Positions 54,660 to 64,000 of a DNA stretch of 64,000 nt are shown piece after piece. Position 1 is the stretch's first letter. Every line of letters begins with the position of its first letter. Below the pieces are notes generated by a model. It saw only the letters and a list, made by a program, of their open reading frames with translations. It did no database searches and had not been told where the DNA came from. The stretch is from the human T2T-CHM13v2.0 reference genome, Homo sapiens: the NCBI RefSeq assembly GCF_009914755.1, contig NC_060926.1; one strand, 5' to 3'. The position numbers and the translations under genes were made by a program.

Positions 54660-55303
54660 TTATTTATTGTGGTAAAATATAGGTAAAATTTACCATCTTA
54701 ACCAGTTTTAAGCCTACAGTTCTGCGGCATTAAATACATTCATAAAGTTATGCATCCGTCACCACTTTCCATCTCCATAACGCGTTTCATCTTGTAAAAC
54801 GAAAACTTTATGCCCATTAAGCAGTAAACTCCCCATTACCTACCTCCTTCAGCCCCTGACAACCACCATGCCACTGTTGATCTCTATGAATTTGACCATT
54901 CTAGGTACCTCATGTGAGCGGAGTCATACAGTATCTATCTTTTTGTGTCTGGCCTATTTCACTTAGCACCGTGTCCTCGAGGTTCACCCATGTTGTGGCA
55001 TGTGTCATAATTTCCTTTCATTTTAAGGCTGAATAATACTCCATTGTATATACATACGACATTTTGCTTCTCCATTTATCCTGTGGGTGGACACGTGGGT
55101 TGCTTCTGCATTTTTGCAATTGCGAGTAATGCTGCTGTGAACATGGGCTTACAAATATCTCTTCAAGACCCTGTTTTCAATTCTTTTTGCTATATTCCCA
55201 GAAGCAGAATTGCTGACTCATATAGTAGTTCTCCTTTTAATTTTTTTAGGAGCCGCCATACTGTTTTCCACCGCAGCTGTACCATTTGACATTCCTACCA
55301 ACA
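54660..55303 (-). mobile_element. L1MB-like 3' end
   Basis: Same family signature as 18345-19125. Confidence 0.85.
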
Positions 55304-55956
55304 AAAACAGCTACTTCTTATTTCAGAGTAGCCCTGTGCATAGGTCCTTACTGCTCTCTCACAATCTCTTAGTGAGATAAGAGAATTAGTTACTATTGTC
55401 CTCATGTAGGCTAACACTTATTTTGTGCTTTTTATATAGCAGGCTGTGTCCCTGGCACTTTAGAAATGATTAACTGATTGAATTCTCACAATAGCCCTAG
55501 GAGGCTGTTACTGTTATTACTTCTGTATTACAGATAAGAAAATGGAAGCAAAAAGTTATTTTGTCACTTGCAGCTAGTGAGATGGGCAGTGTGGCTATGG
55601 GAGTGACCTCCCCATGCTGTGCACCACCTCTTCCCACTTGCATTTGATAACTGAGGAAACTAACACGCAGGACATTAAGTGATTCCTTCAAGGTTATGCA
55701 GGAAGTTAAGCATCAGAGCCAGGGTCTCTTGACACCTCTAGTATTTTTTTTCTACTATGTCAGAATACTCCCTCAGCCTCTGCTCACTAGGAGTGCATCT
55801 CCACATATCTAAAGTGTTTGGTAGAGAAGAATTACAGGAGAACAAAAAATCTTCCATTCTTAGGACAACTCATGTCCAAATTTAGAATAACTGCAACCCC
55901 AACCATACACACAGAATCTCAGGGCTTGAAAGTGTCTCTCAGAAATCCTCTAGTTC

Positions 55957-56775
55957 TGATAGGGACAGGAGGCAGGGAAATTCGGGGCAGAAGAGGGCAG
56001 GTCCCCAGCAAGGGCCCTACCCTCAAGCCTAATACCGTGGCCCAAAGTGAGAACAAACATCCCTGTTTTACCACTCCAATGTTGCCTTTTCCAAAACCAC
56101 CCATGGCCCGCCCCACCCCCCATCCTGTGCCTATAAAAACCCCAGAACTCAGACAGCAGAGAGAAGAAGCAGCTGTGCATCAGAGACTATGGGCGGACAT
56201 TGGAGAGAAGCAGCTTGACTTTAGAGGGACAGCTTGACAGCGTAGCTTCAGAAAGGAGTCTGGCCATCCCGGGGAAGATCACTTCCCACTCCATCCCCTT
56301 TTCAGCTCCCCTTCCCACTCAGAGTCACTTTTACCCTCAATAAAATCCCCCACATTTACCATCTCTAATTCGTTCGTGACCACATTCCTCCTGGACGCCG
56401 GACAATACAAGTGCCAGGTATGCAGGCGCAAAAGGCCGTCACACTGACCCTCCACTGAGCTGTTCATACTTAAATCACCATGGATGGCAAAACTAAAAGG
56501 ACACTATTATACTGCTTCTGGGGCTTCAGGGATCACAGCCACCACCTTAGATGCTGCCACGGGGCCCTCACAGAGATTTGCTCCTGCTGGCGACCAAAAG
56601 TGCTCGCCCTGGCTCCTGCACCTGCTCACCTGTGCTCCCCATCCCACAAGGGTGGAACTCAGCGGGACCAGGTGAGTGGAGTCTGCCCCTGCCAGCACCG
56701 AAGCGGCTGGCTAGTTCTAGTGCCCGTGAACTCTAGTTCTCTCCCATGAAGGGGTCAGTGAAATACCCTGGTTCA
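55957..56775 (+). mobile_element. ERV1 solo LTR (LTR1 family), sense to PRKCE
   Basis: TG...CA termini (tgatagggacaggaggcagggaaa ... ccctggttca); 4-bp TSD gttc/attc; GC box near 56105, TATAAAA 56132-56138, AATAAA 56339-56344. Confidence 0.85.
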
Positions 56776-56985
56776 ATTCAACCTCTCAGTCAGACTGAAA
56801 TTCATCAAAGCTAGTTATCTGGCTTGTGTATTTTCTGCAATAGGATACCCTTTGTCTATAACTTTGATTCTTTTATACCCCTACCAGATAGAAAATTCTT
56901 CTTTTTGAGCCACCATTGGCATTGGCCTTGCTGTGACTTCCATTCTCAGTCCTGGATCTGCCCTTTGGAAAAATGCTAAGTCTAA

Positions 56986-57387
<402 letters not shown>

Positions 57388-58214
57388 TAACCTTAGGCCA
57401 TAATTTTCTCATCTGTAAAATGGAAGCAAGCTGTTTCGAGGACTGAATCAAGTATACCCAGTGAGTAGGAGCTCCATCAGCTGTTCACTGTTGCCATTTG
57501 TGGAAACAATAATTGCATTTGATCTTGATCTTACTTCTTCACGGTTAATGTTCTTGAACCTTTTTTTTTTTTTTTCCATTTCATCCTTTGGCTTTCAGGC
57601 CCATCAGTTTCAGATCTCTCTCCTCCAGGTGTGCTTTGTCTTCAAATGTCTGTCCCAAAAGACAGAAGCCAGAACCAACCTCAGTACCTCTGGCCCGTTT
57701 GCCCCTGCTGTGAGCTAAGCATACAGTAACTTATATGGGATTAAGTTTTCCTAACAGGGGCTTTCCAATAAGCTGTTCCTGTCCTATATGTTATTTGCAG
57801 TGATTGTATGGTACTTTCCCCAAATCCTTTCATCTTTTCTTTCTTAAAAGGTATTGCGTTGATTAAGATAAAAATTGTCAGCAATTAGCGAATTAAGATG
57901 TTTCCAGAATTTAGATCTTTTCCTCTTGAATGTCTTTTCATTACAAGCTTTACTCTGCCTCATGAGTAATTATTTATCTATCTAAAAATATGTGTTGGAT
58001 ACTAGTCAAGCCTAGAGTTAGATTTTGCCATCATCATGTCATCCTTCCAGCAGGTGGTAGCAGGGCTGAAATTCTCTTCTCTTATTCTTAAAGAGAGCCT
58101 TCAAACTTTTCTTTTTTTAAGTAGTGAATCATGGTTCTAATATTAATGAGAAAATTCAAGTATATAAAACAGATGAAAGCACTTCTGCTCTGACTGATAG
58201 GGGAAACTTGGACC

Positions 58215-58620
58215 TGTTTGGATCACTATTGCTACAAAAGAAATCACCCCAAAACTCAGAGGCTCAGCTGGTTGGTTCTGGCTCAGGGCCTCTTGTGTGG
58301 CTACAGAGGGTTTGAACAGTGGGGATGGAGGGGGTGGAAACAACTGAGGGCTGGCTGGGCATCTCTCTCTCTCTATGGAGTCTCAGAGCTTCTCTATGTG
58401 GTCTCTGTGTATGGCCTGACTCGGGCTTCCTCATAGCATGGTGGCCTCAGGGCAGTCAAGCTGCTCACGTGGTGGCTGAAGTGTTCAGGAGAGAATATTC
58501 CAGTGAATGATGTGGAAGATCCACTGTCTTCATGACGTACTCTCAGAAGTCACATAGCATTGCTTCTGCAAAAATAATCCCACCTGGTGTCAAGGGACGT
58601 GTGGAATGGGAAACATTCCT
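58215..58620 (-). mobile_element. MLT1 (J/K-like) MaLR LTR
   Basis: caccccaaaactcag...gggcttcctcatagcatggtggcctcagggcagtc...ctcagaagtcacatagcat. Confidence 0.75.
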
Positions 58621-58683
58621 GTAACGATCTTGAGAAAATTTGTTCTTCTTCCCACCTATTCCCCCAAATTTAGGGCTCTTTAA

Positions 58684-59030
<347 letters not shown>

Positions 59031-60007
59031 TGAATGTCTATATGACCTTGTATTTTTGTTTATTTATTTTAGTTTGTATTTTTTCTCAAGCATTCAGGCG
59101 TCAGTTTGTTCCTTCACAAAAATGGAGATCAGGACATAGCCACCTGTCTCCCTCACCAAGCTGTTGTGAGGATCAGATAAGCAACAACTTGTGAAAAGAT
59201 CTGAGTATAAATACCACTGTTAGGGCCATCCACAGTGATTCTTTCTACACTAACTGAAGTGAAGGAAAGGCAAAAGCCACTTGCCGGCCACAAAGAGAAT
59301 GCGAACCTTGGTCAGACCTCAGGAGTTACCTCCTAATTCAGTTTCCTTTCCTCTGCCCTCACTTTCCAATTTGCAACAGTGAAGTAATGGGCAAATTCAT
59401 AGTTTCCTCTGCACTTTGTAGTTAGAGCTGGAAGGAACCTCAGGGACCATCTAGTTCTGTTCCCATTCGGTAAAGTGGCCTGCATAGGTGCACACAGACG
59501 TTAGACAAGGCTGCACGGAGGACTGAGTTTTGCTGCTTCTGCAGACTTGAGGCTTCCCTCTTGGTAGGACACAAACATCCAGGGCTTGGTGGCCCATGGC
59601 AGGTCAGGACAAGAGGAGGCTAACTGGCCACACCACCCATCCAGCCTCTGGAAAGCTGGGACAGGACTGGCTGGGATCCAGATGCTCATTGTGTGGGGAT
59701 GAAACGTCATGTTCCCAAAGGAACTGGCTCATTGTTTAAACTGCCAAATATTTATTTAATCAACCAAACTTCAACTAAAGAAGAAAAAGGGTCTGAATTT
59801 TAAATCCCATAAACCTGGCTTGGAGAAACAGGCAGTGGAGAAGAGGAGATGAGAGTCGTTTCAAATCAGAAAGTTGTGGTAAAGATGTGAACGCCAGACT
59901 CATTCTGCATATCACCTGGTGGCGGAGTGTCGGACTACTCACCATCAAGACAGGCCTCGACACTTCCAGTCTTCCAGATGTCCCAAATGCTGTGGTTTCA
60001 CTCACAT

Positions 60008-60316
60008 TGAATTGATTGATTGATTGACTGATTGAGACAGGGTCTTGCTCTGTCACCCAGGCTGGAGCACAGTGGCATGAACACGGCTCACTGCAGCCTC
60101 AACCTCCTAGGTTCAAGTGATTCTCCCGGCTTAGCTTCCTAAGGAACTGGGACCACAGGCGGGTGCCACCACACACTCAGCTAATTTTTAAAATTTTTGT
60201 TGCTATGGGATCTTGCCGTGTGGCCCAGGCTGGTCTCAAACTCCTGGGCTCAAGTGATCCTCTTGCCTTCACCTTGTGAAGTGCTTGGATTACAGGCATG
60301 AGCTACTATGCCCCAC
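60008..60316 (-). mobile_element. AluJ with (TTGA)n tail
   Basis: Antisense dimer whose tail has become a tetranucleotide repeat. Confidence 0.9.
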
Positions 60317-60356
60317 TAAAAGTGTCATTTTAAGTAATAGAATAAAAGATCATTCA

Positions 60357-60570
60357 GGCTGGTTGCAGTGGCTCATGCCTGTAACGTGGCAAGACCGTGT
60401 CTCCACAAAAAAATTTAAAAATTAGCTGAGCTTTGTGGTGCTTGTTTGTGGTCCCAGCTACTTGGGAGGCTGAGCCATGAGGATCACTAGCCATGAGCCC
60501 AGGAGGTTAAGGCTACAGTGAGCCATGATCGCGCCGTTGCACTCCAGCCTGGATGACAGAGTGAGACCTC
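60357..60570 (+). mobile_element. AluJ with internal left-arm deletion
   Basis: gcctgtaa is joined directly to cgtggcaagacc; right arm intact. Confidence 0.88.
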
Positions 60571-60982
60571 AACCCTTGACCCTCCAAAAATCACTTTTAG
60601 ATCAAATAAAATAGTATTAATGCCTATTTATTTGCACTTTGTTTTCCTTTAGCCAAACAAATTATCTTCTGCAATCACTACATACAGTGGCCTCAGCCCA
60701 TAAGTCATTACATTAACCAGGGATGATTCTTGTCACTCCTTTAAGTAACCAGCAGCAGTGACTGGTCAATCTTTATGGCACAAGTACTTCAGTAGTCTCT
60801 TTCCAGAATCTTATTCAGAAAAACTCAGGCCATTAGGATTTATCTCACATTTGCAGAGATTAGTTATTTTTCTAATATTCTAAGCAGATTTGAGAGGCGG
60901 TTTATTATTTTAGTTATTGCCTACCATGCTTGCACTTCTCAACATTCTCAAAACCCAGAAGCCAGATGCCTAGAGTGTCAGC

Positions 60983-61125
60983 TGCTTGGCAGGCTGAGGG
61001 GGATCACCTGAGCCCAGGAGCTCAAGGCTGTAATGAGCTATGAGTGAACCTGTGAATAGCCGCTACACTCCAGCCTGAGCAATATAGTGAGACCCCTGTC
61101 TCTTTAAAACAACAACAACAACAAC
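60983..61125 (+). mobile_element. FLAM/FRAM Alu monomer with (AAC)n tail
   Basis: ggctgagggggatcacctgagcccaggag...gagacccctgtctc. Confidence 0.8.
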
Positions 61126-62033
61126 AGTGCCTGGTTTGGGCCATTTGCTTACTACTTGTAATTTGCTTATTTCAGCATTTGAATTATTTTTGAAATAAAC
61201 TTAACTTCAAAGGATATTGCACATTCTAGAGATTATCCAGGAGCACTTCTTACTACTAATTTGACATTTTCTTATTGCTTTGTGCTCAAGGTCATGTGTT
61301 TGCATTATTGCCACATATATGGGAAAAATTAAAACCAAATAAAATTAAAAGAACTTTAAAGGACTAAAGAAAAAATAGTAAATAAATTCAATGTGAATTA
61401 TTCTGTATTTTATTAACCTCAGTGTATATCTTTGGCTTTGAATTGCTTACTAGTTGGGAGAAGAGTCTTTTTGCCATATCTTTTCTCTAGGGAACATAAC
61501 TATTTCAGTTTAGGGATGCATTTTCAGCCCCCCAAAGCTGAAGTTAAGCAAATGTATGATTGAGGTAGCAAGTTCATGTCTAATCTCCATACGTCAGGTC
61601 AGACAGCCCTTCCCTCCTGGGCACTGCCCGGGCAGCCCAAGAACCTGCACAAGAGAGAAGACCCTGCCCATGGTTTTACAATACCTTCGTGATGACACCG
61701 GAGGCAGGCAAAGCAGTGAGGGTTAAGTGAGTTGTCTGGGAGCTCTCCTGCTCCTGGGCACCACACACACTCATCAACACGGAGCTGTCATCCAGAAGGA
61801 GAGGGGAAAGACCAGAGAAGGAAAACAGTACCCAATCTTGTTAGCTCCCAAAGCAGTCCTTCCCTCCAGGACCACTGAGTTCCAGTGGGAAAAGGGTCCC
61901 GGAAGAGTTCTGTGTGATTATAAGACACCCCTCCTCCCCTTCCCGTTGCTGTATGCACCTGTGCGTCCATCCCACTCACCCAAAGAAATTGTCTAGTTCT
62001 GTCAATCTTATAGTCAGATTTTTTTCTCTCTCC

Positions 62034-62351
62034 TTTTTTTTTTTTTTTGTTTTTTTGTTTTTTGTTTCTGAGACAGAGTCTCACTGTGTCACCCAGGCTG
62101 TAGTGCAGTGGCACGATATCAGCTCACTGCAACCTCTGCCTCCTAGGTTCAAGTGATTCTCCTGCCTCAGCCTCCTGAGTAGCTGGGACCGCAGGCGCAC
62201 GCCACCACACCTGGCTCATTTTTGTAATTTTAGTAGAGACAGGGTTTTGTCATGTTGGCTAGGCTGGTCTTGAACTCCCGACCTCAAGTGATTCGCCCAC
62301 CTCCACCTCCCAAAGTGCTGGGATTACAGGAGTGAGCAACTGCGTCCGGCC
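62034..62351 (-). mobile_element. AluS
   Basis: Antisense dimer with agattttt flanks. Confidence 0.93.
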
Positions 62352-62371
62352 AGATTTTTTGTCTTTAATGA

Positions 62372-62695
62372 TTTTCTTTTCTTCTTTTTTTTCCTTTTTT
62401 TTTTTTTTTTTGAGACAGGGTCTTACTCCTATTACCCAGGCTGGAATGCAGTGGCATGATCAGGGCTCGCTGCAGCCTCAAATGCCCAGGCTCAGGTGAT
62501 TCACCCACCTCAGCCCCCTGAGTAGCTGGGACTACAGGTGTGCCCCACCATGCCCAGCTAATTTTTGTATTCTTTATAGAGATGGGGTTTTACCATGTTG
62601 CTCAGGCTGGTCTCAAAACTCCTGGGCTCAAGCAATCTGCCTGCCTCAGCCTCCCAAAGGGTTGGGGTTACAGGCGTGAGCCATGGTGCCTGGCC
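62372..62695 (-). mobile_element. AluJ
   Basis: Antisense dimer tandem to the previous Alu. Confidence 0.93.
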
Positions 62696-63113
62696 TTTAA
62701 CAATTTTTTATTCTTTTTTTCCCCCTATAATTTAGTTATCGTTGTTTTCTCTGGGTGAGAGAAGAACCATTTCTCTCAAGTCCATTGTTACTGTGCTGGG
62801 GCCAATGACCTAGAGCAGTCATTTCTGGCTATTTTAGTAATAGAATCCTTCCTTAATATGAATCCTGCAGAGAAGCTCACTATATAAACTTATGAAAGAG
62901 GAATCCTCCCTTTACTGAAGTGAGCTGGGGGCCAACCCCCAAGGCACCTCCTTGGTATCTGTAAGGATTCCCGGAGTAGCATTTTAAATCCCCTAGTTCC
63001 TGGGAGAAATCAGGACTGGAAATCAAAGTACCCTGGAGATGAGCACGGTGTTTGCTTTCCTGAAGACCCATTCAGCATCTCGCTGTCACTCATGCATACG
63101 TTAAGTATTTCTT

Positions 63114-63446
63114 TTCTTTTCTTTTCTTTTCTTTTCTTTTTCTTTTTTTTTTTTTTTTTTTTGCAACAGTCTCGTTCTGTCGCCCAGGAGGAGTGCAGTG
63201 GCACAATCTCGGCTCACTACAACCTCCGCCTCCCGGGTTCGGGTTCAAGAGATCCTAGTGTGTCAGCCTCCCAAGTAGCTGGGATTACAGGCAAGTGCCA
63301 CCACGCCCGGCTAATTTTGTACTTTTAGTAGAGACAGGGTTTCGCCATGTTGGTCAGGCTGGTCTCAAACTCCTAACCTTAGGTGATCCACCTGCTTCAG
63401 CCTCCCAAAGTGCTGGGATTACAGGCGTGAGCCACCACACCCAGCC
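63114..63446 (-). mobile_element. AluS with long TSD
   Basis: TSD tcatgcatac(g/a)ttaagtatttctt at 63090-63113 and 63447-63470. Confidence 0.94.
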
Positions 63447-63950
63447 TCATGCATACATTAAGTATTTCTTGCCCTCCTGCTGGATATAAAGCCCTGTGTC
63501 AGATGCTGGGGGCATGGGAATGAATACGATAGACATGTCCCCTACTCTTTTGTTGAGAATAGGGTTTTAGCCTTTCAGAAACAAAATCTGGCCTGGTGCA
63601 TGAGGTCGTTTGTGTGTTCTGGTGACAGGTCATCCCTGTGGGTGCTCCCTGGGCAGATATGTCCTACTCAAATTAGTCAGACTCTCTTTCAAAGTGTGCC
63701 CCTTAGGAAGCCATGAGAAGCCCAGTGTGCCAAGAACACTCTTTTGTGATTCTAAAACCATCCCCGGGGATTAGGACTAGACACAAACTATGAAGACTAA
63801 CAGGTAAATAGGAGAGTTCGACAGAGTGATACCTAAGGGGCTCTTTGCAATGCAGTAACAATCTGCTTTCTGTGTTTATGCATTGACCAACCCTCCCCCA
63901 CTTCACCCCCAATATTCTTTTAAGTAGGAGTTGAAGGGTATAAAAGCTCA

Positions 63951-63953
<3 letters not shown>

Positions 63954-63982
<29 letters not shown>

Positions 63983-64000
63983 GAGATGGTCTCGCTCAGT
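63954..64000 (-). mobile_element. Alu 3' end (cut by the window edge)
   Basis: Poly-T followed by gagatggtctcgctc. Confidence 0.85.

Overview
Human (primate) genomic DNA lying entirely inside PRKCE (protein kinase C epsilon, + strand). Four coding exons are present (2730-2872, 5868-5964, 8788-8987, 11670-11843; canonical exons 7-10 by recall). They have GT-AG boundaries and splice in frame to give PKC-epsilon V275-K479: end of C1B, V3 hinge and kinase N-lobe. The remaining ~52 kb is one long phase-0 intron whose 3' end is outside the window. Other content: an antisense full-length RPL26 processed pseudogene, about 17 Alu copies or fragments including a near-consensus AluYb8/9, old L1 fragments, a sense LTR1-type solo LTR, an antisense THE1 LTR, MLT1, MER6A, MER5, MIR/L2 and microsatellites. 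There is no prokaryotic-type system or CRISPR array, and nearly all listed ORFs are spurious. The best leads are RNA-processing hypotheses, all inferred and untested: (1) a textbook recursive splice site at 26128/26129; (2) a sense LTR with TATA box, optimal Kozak ATG and consensus donor in frame with the next exon; (3) an exon 7-10 circRNA whose ORF would run once around the circle with overlapping ATGA start/stop; (4) an intronic poly(A) signal plus CTCF-like motif after exon 10; (5) a 123-bp templated local duplication bracketed by a 10-bp direct repeat. Repeat subfamily names come from recalled consensus sequences, not a search.
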